NCBI GenBank assembly: GCA_963758635.1
Contig: CAVWWD010000002.1
Location: forward strand, 1-64,000
DNA length: 64,000 nucleotides
DNA from: an uncultured Candidatus Rokubacteria bacterium
GTDB taxonomy: Bacteria > Methylomirabilota > Methylomirabilia > Rokubacteriales > CSP1-6
Reading direction: 5' to 3'
Shown here one piece after another: positions 41,003 through 51,185 of the stretch (the stretch's first letter is position 1; each line of letters opens with the position of its first letter). A program made the translations under genes and the position numbers. Below the pieces are notes generated by a model. That model had not been told where the DNA came from. It was given only the letters and a program-made list of their open reading frames with translations, and did no database searches.

Positions 41003-44000
41003 TCACCTGGCGAGGCGGGCGCGCTCGAGCGCCGCCACGCGGCGATACTGATCGGAGCCCAGCTCCGCGGCGAGGGCGTCCACGGACCCGAGCGCGCTCG
41101 CGATCGCCGCGCGGTCGGCGGCGGGCTCCGAAGCCACGAGGCGAGCCCACGCCAGCGCGACATCGAAGGCGCCGAGCCGCCAGCCTCGTCCCCGATCCAC
41201 GAGCTCACGCGCCTCGGCGAGGAGCCCGCGGGCTTCGGCGCGGGCGCCCGCGGCCCGCTTCGCGTCCGCGAGCGTCGCGAGGATGCGCGGCTCGTACCAT
41301 AGCGCGGTGCGCCGATCGCGCGCGAGCGCGAGGGCCTGCTCGAGCACGCCCGTGGCCGCGTCCAGATCGCCGTCGGCGAGCTCCGCGGCGCCGAGAAACC
41401 CCGCCGCCTCCACCCGAGAGAACACGCTTCCGCCCTCTTCCGCGAGCTCGACGGCACGGCGGCCGTGCGCGAGCGCCCCGGGCACGTCTCCTCGCAAGCG
41501 CAGCACCTCGCACAGGAACGCGTGCGTTCCGTAGAGGGCCTGGAGCGGGGGCTCGCTCTCCTCGGCGAGGAGGGCTCGCAGGGCGGTCTCGCCCTCGCCC
41601 GAGCGCCCGAGATGCGTGCTCGCCAGCGCCCACCACACGCGGCACAAGCCAGGTGCGGTGGAGTGCCCGACCGCCTCCCGCAGCCCGGGCACCCGCGCGA
41701 CCTCGGCAAGAGCCCGCTCCGCGGTCGCGCGGGCGGGAGCGAGGCGGCCGGCGGCGAGCTGTGCGTGGGCCAGCACCGAACGGATCTCGAACTCGAAGGC
41801 GGCGTCGGATCCTTCGGCAAGCTCCATCGCATGCTCCGCGCACGCGAGGTACTGCCCGACATCGCCCGCGAGCCCGCAGAGGCGCCCATAGGAGGTGAGC
41901 AGGAACGCGTGGCCGGCCTTGTCCTGAAGCCGCTCGGCGACCGCGCGCGCCTCGTCGAACAGGCCACGGGCCTCGCCCTCCTCGATTCCGGCGATCCGGC
42001 CGATCTCGAGCAGCGCGATGCGGGAGGTGAGCTCGAGCATCAGGGTCTCGCGGCGCTCCGGAACGGCGGCGAGGAGCGCGGTGACCCGACGGCAGTGTCT
42101 CGCGCCCTCCGCCGGGTCACTGCGCGCGACGCGGCGGCCCGCCTGCTCGTGCCAGCGCGCCGCGTCGAGATGCTCGCCGGCCTCGTCGAAGTGATGCGCG
42201 AGGATCGCCGCGTGGGTGACCGCCGAGGGTCCGTGGAGCGTCAGCAAGGCTCGCGCGATGGCGGCATGGGTTCCGCGGCGCCGATCCAGGAGCTGCGTGC
42301 GATAGGCCACCTCCTGTGTGAGGGGATGGCGGAAGGCGTGATCCCCCGGAGACCCGGCAGGCCCGAGAAGCTCGGCGGTCGAAAGCCGCTCGAGGGACGC
42401 GGCGAGCTCGGGCGCGGGCAGATCGATCACGGCGCGCAGCAGCTCGACCGGGACGTCCCGGCCGACCACGGCGGCGGCCTGGAGGACGTCCTTGTCGCGG
42501 TCCCCGAGCCGATCGATGCGCGAGGCGAGAACGGCCTGGACCGTCTCGGGCAGCGTGATCTCCTCGATCGGGGCGGCCAGCCGGTAAGCGCCGCGTTCGC
42601 CGCGCAGCCCGCCACCCTCCACGAGCGAGCGAATCATCTCCTCGAGGAAGAGCGGGTTGCCGCGAGCCCGGCCCTCGATCCGGTCGCGCAGGGGCGCGAG
42701 CCCCGGATCAGCCCCGAGCCAGTCGTCCAGCAACACCCCCCCTTCCTGAAGGCCGAGGGGCGCAAGGGAGAGGGTCTCGACACCCGACGACCACCGAGGC
42801 CGATACTCGGGCCGCATGGTCGCGAGCAACAGCAGCCGGCTCCCCGCCGACTCCGGGGCCAGGAGACGCTCGACGAGCATCTCCAGCGCCGCCTCGCTCG
42901 CGGGGTCGAGCCAGTGCAGGTCCTCGACCCAGAGCACCGTGAGCTCGCGCCGAGCGCGCGCCTCGATCACATCGAGCAGCGACCGGAAGAGACGTGCGCG
43001 GCGCGCTTCGGGATCGAGTCCTGACGGCGCGGGACCGTGATCGGACACCCCGAGGAGGTCGAGCCAGAGATCCAGGGTGGTCGGGTCGGGCGGCGCATGA
43101 CCGAGACCGCGTCGCACGGCCTCCCGGAGGTCCGACGGCGGCGCGACTTCGGCGACCCCGAAGAGACTGCGCGCAAGCGCGACGACCACGTGAAAGGGAA
43201 GCATGCGTCCGTGGGAGGGCGCGCGGACGGAGTGAAGCGCCACGCCGCGCGCGCGCTCCACGAACTCGTGACAGAGGCGGCTCTTTCCCGCGCCCGGCTC
43301 CGCGGTGACCAGGACGACGCCCGGGCGGCCCGACTGCGCCTCGCGCAGAGCGGCCTCGAGCAGAGCGAGCTCGCGCTCGCGGCCCACGAAGCGCGAGAAG
43401 CCGCGCGCCCGGGAGCGCTCGAGGCGGCTCCGGACCGGGCCCGGACCCCGCAGCTCGAACACGCGCACGGGATGGCTCGCGCCCTTGAGACGCTGTTCCC
43501 CGCGGTCGAGGAAGTCGAAGAAGCCCGCCGCGAGGCGCGCGGTCTGCCCGGTCACGGCGATGCCGCCCGGTGGCGCCAGCTGCTGCACCCGGGCCGCGAG
43601 CCCGACGACGTGCCCCTGCGCGGTGTAGTCCATGCGCAGGTCGTCGCCGATCCGCCCCACGACCACCTCGCCGGAGTTCAGGCCCATCCGGACCGCGAGG
43701 TCGAGCCCGCTCCGCCCCCGCACGTCGTCGGCGAGCGCGCCGAGCTCGCCCGTCAGGTCCAGGGCGGCCGCACAGGCGCGCTGGGCGTGATCCTCATGGG
43801 CGATCGGGGCGCCGAAGAGCGCCATGATGCCGTCGCCGGTGTACTGGTTCACGGTCCCCTCGTATCGGTGGACACCACCGGCGAGGATCCGGAACATGCG
43901 ATCGAGCAGGCGATGCCATTCCTCGGGATCGACGCGCTCCGCGAGCTCCATCGAGCGCACGACGTCCGCGAAGAGGACGGTGACCAGCTTGCGCTCGCCC

Positions 44001-44159
44001 CTGAGCGCGCTCCGGGACGCCAGGATCTTCTCGACGAGATGCCGCGGCGTGTAGGAGCGCGGCTCGGGGGAGGTTGTCGGCGCAGCGAGGTGCGCGCCAC
44101 AATCGTTGCAGAACCTCGCGCCGCGCGGGGTTCTCGTGTCCGCAGAATGGGCAGCTCAC
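41003..44159 (-). CDS. Zinc ribbon + class III adenylate/guanylate cyclase + AAA (STAND-like) + TPR-like protein (frameshift near 44127)
   Basis: CPFC..FCNDC; GERKLVTVLFADV; YTGDGIMALFG; VRMGLNSG; FVGRERE; EPGAGKS; EDLHWLD; GNPLF; FRHPLTQEVAY. Confidence 0.9.
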
Positions 44160-44219
44160 GGGGCCTCGCCCATCTTAGCCTCATCCGTGAGGCCGTCGCG
44201 CCGTGACGAGGAGGACAGC

Positions 44220-44888
44220 ATGACCGAGGGGATCAGTCCGAAGCAGTTCCACGAGTCCCAGGGCGTCGAGGACTGGCGGGTCATCGGCGACGGCGCCTGC
44301 GCGTACTTTCCGACCGCCTCGTTCGCGGCGAGCGCACGGCTCGTGGGGGCCATCGGCCAGCTGCCGGGCGTCGAGGACCACGCGCCGGACGTTGACCTGC
44401 GACCTGACGGGGTGACCGTGCGCCTGATCACGTACACGGACGACTACTACGGGATGAGCCAGCGCGACGTTGACATGGCCCGACAGATCTCGGCGGCGGC
44501 CCGACGGTTGGGCCTGGTCGCCGACCCGTCGGCCGTTCAGAGCCTGCTCGTCATCCCCGGCGCGGCCTCCACCGCCGAGGTGATGCCGTTCTGGCGCGCC
44601 GCGCTCGGGTATGAGCCCCGCCGCGACAGTCCCGCCGCTGACCTCGTGGATCCGCGCGGTCGGTGGCCGGGCTTCTGGTTCGAGCGGATGAACGAGCCGC
44701 GCGCGGACGGCGGCGGGGCGATCCACGTCGCCATGTGGGTACCGTCCGAGCGGGCGGAGGCGCGCATCGCGGCGGCGCTCGCCGCCGGCGGCCGCATGGT
44801 GCGCGACGAGTTCGCTCCATCGTGGTGGACGCTGGCCGACGCAGCCGGAAACGAGGTCGACATCGCCACCGCTCGCGGCCGCGACTGA
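44220..44888 (+). CDS. Pterin-4a-carbinolamine dehydratase-like + VOC (Glyoxalase_6) fusion
   Basis: HAPDVDLR...RDVDMARQIS; FWRAALGY, LVDP, IHVAMWV, WWTLADAAGNE. Confidence 0.8.
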   Translation: MTEGISPKQFHESQGVEDWRVIGDGACAYFPTASFAASARLVGAIGQLPGVEDHAPDVDLRPDGVTVRLITYTDDYYGMSQRDVDMARQISAAARRLGLVADPSAVQSLLVIPGAASTAEVMPFWRAALGYEPRRDSPAADLVDPRGRWPGFWFERMNEPRADGGGAIHVAMWVPSERAEARIAAALAAGGRMVRDEFAPSWWTLADAAGNEVDIATARGRD

Positions 44889-44933
44889 GAGGTTGGGCCG
44901 CCCCCCGGCACGCTCCAGGCCCGGCCGGGGCGC

Positions 44934-44956
44934 AGAAGGGTCTGGCGCCTTTCCTC
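44934..44956 (+). repeat. Direct repeat copy 2
   Basis: Identical to 40452-40474. Confidence 0.85.
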
Positions 44957-44982
44957 GCTTGGCGGTACCATGACCCACCTTT

Positions 44983-45000
44983 TTGAGACGCCCGTCTCAA
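44983..45000. promoter_or_regulatory. Palindromic operator candidate TTGAGACG-cc-CGTCTCAA
   Basis: Perfect 8-bp arms, 50 bp upstream of the operon's first gene. Confidence 0.6.
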
Positions 45001-45050
45001 TCAGTGTGCCGCGCCGCGGCATCCGCGCCGCGGCATCCAGGAGGGTCCAG

Positions 45051-45905
45051 GTGCTCGTCGAGCGGATGGCCGTCGAGATCGAGGGCGAGGGCGAGCCGGT
45101 GCTGATGATCCACGGCCTCGGTGGAACATCGAACGTCTTCACGCCCGTGCTGCCGGCGCTGGCCCGCCACCGGACCATCCGGTTCGACCTCCCCGGATCC
45201 GGGCGCTCGCACCGCGCCGGTGGGCCGGGGCCGCTCTCCGCTCGCGCTGTTCGTCGACAAGGCTCGCCTGGTCATGGACCGGGCCGGCGTCGAGCGCGCG
45301 CACATCGTGGCGCACTCCATGGGCACGATCGTCGCGGCGCACCTCGCCGCGGCCGAGCCCGGGCGCGTCCTGAGCCTGGCGCTCTTCGGCCCGCTGCTGG
45401 CCCCGCCGGAGCCGGCCCGGGCGGCCATCCGCGCCCGCGGCGCTCAGGCGCGCCAGGGCGACATGCAGCCCATCGCCGACGCCCTGGTCCGGGCGCGAGC
45501 CTCTCGGCCGAGACGCGGGCGCGGCGACCCACGGCCGTGGCCTTCGTCCGCGAGTCGCTCATGCGGCAGGACCCCGAGGGCTACGCGCGTAGCTGCGAGG
45601 CCCTGGCCGAGATGGGGTCCGCCGACACGTCCCGGATCGACTGCCCGACGCTGCTCGTCACCGGCGACGAGGACGTTGTGGCCCCGCCCCAGGCGGTGCG
45701 CATGATGAGCGAGCGGATCACCGGAAGCCGGGTCGAGGTGCTGCGCGGCTGCGGGCACTGGACGCCGGTCGAGAAGCCCGAGGAATGCACCGGTCTGCTG
45801 CAGCGATTCCTGCTCGAGAGGAGACCGACATGGCGAACGTCCTCTTCACGAACGTCCGCATCATCGATGCGACCGGCGCCCAGCCCTATCAGGGCGAGGT
45901 CCTGA
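45051..45905 (+). CDS. Alpha/beta hydrolase (enol-lactonase-like); frameshifts near 45220-45240 and 45495; true end probably near 45830
   Basis: IHGLGG, FDLPGSGRS, AHSMG nucleophile, TGDED, GHW. Confidence 0.85.
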   Translation: MLVERMAVEIEGEGEPVLMIHGLGGTSNVFTPVLPALARHRTIRFDLPGSGRSHRAGGPGPLSARAVRRQGSPGHGPGRRRARAHRGALHGHDRRGAPRRGRARARPEPGALRPAAGPAGAGPGGHPRPRRSGAPGRHAAHRRRPGPGASLSAETRARRPTAVAFVRESLMRQDPEGYARSCEALAEMGSADTSRIDCPTLLVTGDEDVVAPPQAVRMMSERITGSRVEVLRGCGHWTPVEKPEECTGLLQRFLLERRPTWRTSSSRTSASSMRPAPSPIRARS

Positions 45906-47107
45906 TCCAGGGCAACCGCATCTCCCGCGTCGGCCGCGGGTCCCGCAGCCTCGCCACCTCCGGCGTCACCGTGATCGACGGCGCCGGCGCCACGCTCATG
46001 CCGGGCATGTGCGAGGCGCACACCCACTTCGGCTGGACCAACTCCAAGACGCTGGACGCCATCCAGAAGATGCCGCCGGAGGAGCACACCCTCTGGGCGG
46101 CCCAGGTGGCCAAGACCTACCTCGACCACGGCTGGACCTCGTGCGTGGGCGCGGCCACCCCGAAGCCGCGGCTCGACTGCGTGATCCGCGACGCCATCAA
46201 CTCCGGGCAGATCCCGGGGCCGCGGTACCTCGCGGCGAGCCAGGAGATCACGGTGACGGGCTCGCTCGGCGACGACATGCTCCCCCACCTGCCCTTCCCG
46301 GAGATGTCCTTCGGCTGCGTGGTGGACGGCCCCGACGGCATGCGCAAGGCGGTGCGGATGTTCCTCAAGTACGGCGTGGACCAGGTGAAGCTCAACCTGT
46401 CCGGCGACAACCTGGTGCCGGGGGCCGACGCCCGCACGAGCTGGATGAGCGACGAGGAGGTGGCCGTGGCCGCCCACGAGGTGAAGGTGCGCGGCAAGCG
46501 GCTGGCCTCCCACGCGCGCTCGAGCGAGTCCGTGAAGCAGAGCCTGCGCCACGGCGTGGAGGTGATCTACCACGCCAGCTTCACCGACGAGGAGGCGCTC
46601 GACGGGCTGGAGGCCCGGAAGGACAAGATCTTCGTCGCGCCCGGCCTCTCCGTGATCATCCGCCTGCTCTACGAGGGCGAGGTGGTCGGCATCTCGAACG
46701 ACGACGCCAAGCGGATGGGCTACGAGCTGGAGCTCGAGGCGGCGGTGAACAGCATGAAGGCGATGCTCCGGCGCGGGATCCGCGTGCTGCCCGGCGGCGA
46801 CTACGGCTTCGCCTGGGCGCCGCACGGCGAGAACGCGAAGGACCTGGAGTACTTCGTGAAGTACCTCAACATGACGCCGATGGAGGCCATCATCTCGGCC
46901 ACGCGCTGGGGCGGTCAGATCATGATGCGCCGCGACCTGGGCGAGATTCGCGAGGGCTGGCTGGCCGACCTGCTGCTGGTGGACGGCGACCCGCTGGCGA
47001 ACATCTCCATCCTCCAGGACAAGTCCAAGCTGCTGGCGATCATGAAGGACGGCGAGTTCACGAAGGCGCCCGAGATCCGGTCCACCCGGAGCCGCTGGGT
47101 CGCGTGA
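45830..47107 (+). CDS. Metal-dependent amidohydrolase (prolidase-like subgroup)
   Basis: MPGMCEAHTH, VKLN, ASHAR, IYHAS, GGDYG, ADLLLVDGDP. Confidence 0.9.
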   Translation: MANVLFTNVRIIDATGAQPYQGEVLIQGNRISRVGRGSRSLATSGVTVIDGAGATLMPGMCEAHTHFGWTNSKTLDAIQKMPPEEHTLWAAQVAKTYLDHGWTSCVGAATPKPRLDCVIRDAINSGQIPGPRYLAASQEITVTGSLGDDMLPHLPFPEMSFGCVVDGPDGMRKAVRMFLKYGVDQVKLNLSGDNLVPGADARTSWMSDEEVAVAAHEVKVRGKRLASHARSSESVKQSLRHGVEVIYHASFTDEEALDGLEARKDKIFVAPGLSVIIRLLYEGEVVGISNDDAKRMGYELELEAAVNSMKAMLRRGIRVLPGGDYGFAWAPHGENAKDLEYFVKYLNMTPMEAIISATRWGGQIMMRRDLGEIREGWLADLLLVDGDPLANISILQDKSKLLAIMKDGEFTKAPEIRSTRSRWVA

Positions 47108-48051
47108 CGCGACTCTGGATCGCGCTCTGGGCGGTCCTCATCGGGCTGCCGGTCGTCGTCTTCGCGGCCTGGGCGCTCCAGGACAACGCGCGCCTGTTCG
47201 TCGTCACGCTGCTCAACGGCCTCACGCTGGCCTCGCTCTACTTCATCGTGGCGCGCGGCTTCACGCTGGTGTTCGGGCTCATGCGCAACGTGAACCTGGC
47301 GCACGGCTCGCTGTACCTCCTGGGCGGCTACCTCGGGTTCTACACCGGGCAGTTCACCGGCTCGTGGCTGCTCGCGCTGGCCGTGGGCTTTGCCGCCGCC
47401 GCGGTCGTCGGCCTCGCCATGCAAGTGTCGATCTTCCGCTTCATGCCCGGCCAGGACCTGCGGCAGACGATGGTCACGATCGGGCTCTCGATCGTCATCG
47501 CCGACCTCCTCATGTGGGCGATCGGCGCTCAGGTCCACCAGATGTCGCCCCCGCCCTGGCTCGACGGTCCCCTGCGCAACCTGCCGGTGATCCGCGCCTA
47601 CTCGACGTACCGGCTCTCGCTGCTGCCCATCGGCATCGTGATCGGCGTGGCGCTCTGGCTGTTCCTGAACCGCACGCGGGTCGGCATGATGATCCGCGCC
47701 GGCGTCGACGACCGCGCCATGCTCGCGGCGGCGGGCGTCAACGTCAACCTGGTGTTCGCCACGACGTTCGCGCTCGGGGCCGGGCTGGCCGGCCTCGGCG
47801 GCGTCATCGGCGTGGTGGAGCTTTCCATGGTGCCCGGCGAGGACACGCGCCTTCTCCTGGCGTCGCTCGTGGTGGTGATCGTTGGCGGTATGGGCAGCGT
47901 GGTGGGGGCGGCGATCGGCGCCGCCATCCTCGGCCTGGCCGAGACCTACGGCCTCGCCTACGCGCCCACCTACAGCGTGATGTTCACCTTCGTGATCCTC
48001 GTGCTGGTGCTCGCTTTCCGTCCGCGCGGCATCCTCGGCCGGCCCGCATGA
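47104..48051 (+). CDS. Branched-chain-type ABC permease (LivH-like)
   Basis: GFTLVFG..NVNLAHG, G..IRAG.DD, VGGMGS, RPRGILG. Confidence 0.9.
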   Translation: MTRLWIALWAVLIGLPVVVFAAWALQDNARLFVVTLLNGLTLASLYFIVARGFTLVFGLMRNVNLAHGSLYLLGGYLGFYTGQFTGSWLLALAVGFAAAAVVGLAMQVSIFRFMPGQDLRQTMVTIGLSIVIADLLMWAIGAQVHQMSPPPWLDGPLRNLPVIRAYSTYRLSLLPIGIVIGVALWLFLNRTRVGMMIRAGVDDRAMLAAAGVNVNLVFATTFALGAGLAGLGGVIGVVELSMVPGEDTRLLLASLVVVIVGGMGSVVGAAIGAAILGLAETYGLAYAPTYSVMFTFVILVLVLAFRPRGILGRPA

Positions 48052-49205
48052 GCGCCGCCGACTGGCGCCGCGCCATGAATCTCCAGCCCCGCCCGCTGGG
48101 CACGCCGGCGGGGCGCCCGGCCGTCCGGGCCGCCGGCGCGCCGCGGGCGCCCCGGCGTCGGCTCACGAATCCCGTGCGCGCGCGGCATGTGATCGTGCTC
48201 GCCTTCCTGCTCGCCTACCCGTGGTTCGCGCCGCCGTTCTTCACGTACCAGATCGGGGCGCAGGCCCTGGCGCTCGGCCTCATCGCGCTGTCACTCACCT
48301 TCCTGGCCGGATACGGCGGCATGATCTCGCTCGCGCAGATGACGGTGGCGGGCATCGCCGGCTACATGCTGGCGATCTTCGGCACCGCGGCCACGGACGG
48401 GGTCACGCTCGGCTGGCCGTGGTGGCTCGCCGTCATCATCGCGCTCCTCATCGCGGTCCTGGCCGCCGCGGGCATCGGCTGGCTCTCCGTCCGCACCGAG
48501 GGCATCTACACCATCATGATCACGCTGGCCATCGGCGTGGCGTTCTACTACCTGGCCCTGCAGAACTACACCGTGTTCAACGGCTTCCAGGGCATGCAGA
48601 AGGTGTTCCCGCCGACGCTCGCCGGCGTCTACTGGCGCGACCCCACGCCGTTCTACTACCTGGCGCTGGCCTGCGCGCTGGCCGGCTACCTCTTCGTGGT
48701 CTACCTGATGCGCACGCCCTTCGGGATCGCGCTCCAGGGCATCCGCGACAACCCGCGCCGGATGCACGCGCTGGGCTTCAACGTGACGGCCCACCGGGTG
48801 GCGGCCTACGCGGTGGGCGGCGCGCTCGCCGCGGTGGGCGGGGTGCTGTTCACCTGGTACAACGGCCTCGTGACGCCGGGCTCGGTGGGCACGGGGTGGC
48901 TCATCAACATCCTCATCATCGCGGTGCTCGGTGGCATGCGGCATCCGGTCGGCGCCTTCCTCGGCGCCATCGTCTTCGTGCTCGTCCAGAACTTCGCCAT
49001 CGACGTCATCAACCGCGAGCGCTTCAACCTGGTGATCGGAGTGGTGTTCCTCGTCATCGTGCTGTTCTCGCGCGACGGCCTGCTCGGCTGGTGGGCGGCC
49101 CTGAGCGCCCGGGTGTCAACTCAAAGAGGAGGGAGTCCATGGACATCGGCAAGAAGACGCTGGTATGCGCGCTCGTCGTCGCCGTCGGCATCGTCGCCGT
49201 CCTGA
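48048..49205 (+). CDS. Branched-chain-type ABC permease (LivM-like); 3' end uncertain
   Basis: GYGGMISLAQ, GIYTIMITLA, PFGIALQGIRDN, VLGG. Confidence 0.88.
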   Translation: MSAADWRRAMNLQPRPLGTPAGRPAVRAAGAPRAPRRRLTNPVRARHVIVLAFLLAYPWFAPPFFTYQIGAQALALGLIALSLTFLAGYGGMISLAQMTVAGIAGYMLAIFGTAATDGVTLGWPWWLAVIIALLIAVLAAAGIGWLSVRTEGIYTIMITLAIGVAFYYLALQNYTVFNGFQGMQKVFPPTLAGVYWRDPTPFYYLALACALAGYLFVVYLMRTPFGIALQGIRDNPRRMHALGFNVTAHRVAAYAVGGALAAVGGVLFTWYNGLVTPGSVGTGWLINILIIAVLGGMRHPVGAFLGAIVFVLVQNFAIDVINRERFNLVIGVVFLVIVLFSRDGLLGWWAALSARVSTQRGGSPWTSARRRWYARSSSPSASSPS

Positions 49206-50387
49206 GCGCGGGGGCGATCGCGCAGGCGCCCCCGGTCAAGATCGGGCTGCTCGCCACGCTGGAAGGTCCGTTCGCGGCCGGCGGCCAGGACGGCATGCGC
49301 GGCGCCGAGCTGGCGGTGCGCCAGCGGAACGGCGTGGTCGCCGGCCGCAAGATCGAGATCGTCAAGGCCTCGTCCGACGCGAAGCCCGACGTGGCGGTGA
49401 ACGCCACCCGGAAGCTGGTCGAGCAGGACAAGGTCGACATCATGGTGGGGCCGCTCTCCGGCTCCGAGGGCATCGCGGTCAAGGAGTACTCGAAGACGCA
49501 GCCCAACATCACGTTCATCAACGGCTCGTCGGGCGCCCAGGCCACGACGCTCGTCAACCCGTCGCCGAACTTCTTCCGCTTCAACACGGACGGCGGCCAG
49601 TGGATGGTGGGCCTCGGCAAGGCGGCGCTGGACAAGGGCTACAAGCGCGTGATGGTCATCGCCGAGGACTACGCCTTCCCCTACTCGCAGGTGCAGGGCT
49701 TCATGACCGAGTACTGCAAGCTGGGCGGCAAGGTCCCGCTGAAGGCGTGGGTGCCGCTCGGCGGCAAGGACTACTCCTCGGTGATCGCGCGCATCCCCAA
49801 GGACGTGGACGCGCTGGTGGTGGTGCTGGGCGGCGCCGACGCGGTGAACTTCCTGAACCAGTACGAGCAGGCCGGCGGTGACAAGCCGATGGTCGGCGGC
49901 TCGATCACGGTGAGCCAGGACATCCTCAACTACAAGGGCAAGCGCCGCGACTCGCTGGTGGGCACCATCGCCGGCGCGCCGATCGCCGACGCCTACGAGG
50001 CGCCGGAGTGGCGAGCGTTCGTCGCCGACTACAAGAAGAACTTCCCCGACGGCTATCCCAGCCCGTCGCTGTTCGCGCTGGTCTACTACCTCAACATGAA
50101 GGCGACGCTCGACGGCCTGGACGCCGTCAAGGGCGACCTCTCGGACGGCCAGAAGAAGTACCGCGACGCGCTCAGCAAGATGACGCTCAAGTCGCCCGTC
50201 GGCGACGTTCAAGCTGGACGCCAACCGGCAGGCCATCGGCACGACGTTCATCACCGAGGTGGTGAAGGACAGCCAGGGCAACCTCTACAACAAGGTGCTC
50301 CGGAAGATCGACAACGTGAACCAGACGATGGGCATGACGCCGGCCGATTTCAAGATCGGCTCGCGCGACGAGCCGAATTGCCCATAG
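49139..50387 (+). CDS. ABC substrate-binding protein (Peripla_BP_6); frameshift near 50210
   Basis: Signal peptide; VKIG, GRKIE, VGPLSGSEG, NFFRF, DYAFP. Confidence 0.9.
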
Positions 50388-50409
50388 TGAGGGGCCCCGT
50401 CGGGGCATA

Positions 50410-51169
50410 GTGGCGGATTCACCCACCCGCGTCTCGGGTGACGCCCTCGTGCTGGAGGGCGTCACCCGGACGTTCGGCGCGCTCCACGCGATCGAGGACG
50501 TTCTCGTTCTCGGTCGCGGTGGGGGAGCGTCGCGCCGTGATCGGCGCCAACGGCGCCGGCAAGACCACCCTGTTCAACGTCGTCACCGGCGACTTCCCGG
50601 CCACGCGGGGGCGCGTGCGGTTCTTCGGCGAGGACGTGACCACGCTGCCGCCTCACGAGCGCATTCGCATGGGCATGCGCCGGACGTATCAGTCCTCGCT
50701 CCTGTTCCGTGACCTCACCGTGCGCGACAACCTGTTCCTGGCCGTGCGCGGCGTCGCGCGCAACCGCTTCAGCTTCCTGCGGGCGTCGAGGAACGGTCCG
50801 GCCGACGAGCTCCTCGATCGGGTGCGGCTCACCCCCGTGGCCGAGTCCCCGGTGGCCGCGCTGTCCCACGGCCAGCAGCGCCAGCTCGAGATCGGCATGG
50901 CGCTGGCGGGCGCGCCGCGCCTGATCCTGTTCGACGAGCCCGCCGCGGGACTGTCGCCCGCCGAGCGCGGGGAGCTGGTGACGCTGCTGCGGGGCCTGCC
51001 CGCGCACATCGGCTTCATCCTGATCGAGCACGACCTGGACATCGCGCTCCGCGTGGTCGACCGCGTCACGGTGCTCCACAACTCCCGCGTGCTCAAGCAC
51101 GGGAGCCCGGCGGAGATCGAGAACGACGCCGAGGTGCAGGCGATCTACATGGGGGACCGGGCCCGGTGA
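50410..51169 (+). CDS. ABC ATPase (LivG-like); frameshift near 50500
   Basis: [23 protein letters not shown]. Confidence 0.9.
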
Positions 51170-51185
51170 TCGGGGGGCGCGGGCG

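Noticed and set aside
45011..45038. 14-bp tandem duplication GCGCCGCGGCATCC x2 before the hydrolase SD
   Set aside because: Real but short and GC-rich; slippage or a read artefact is sufficient explanation and no function is supported.
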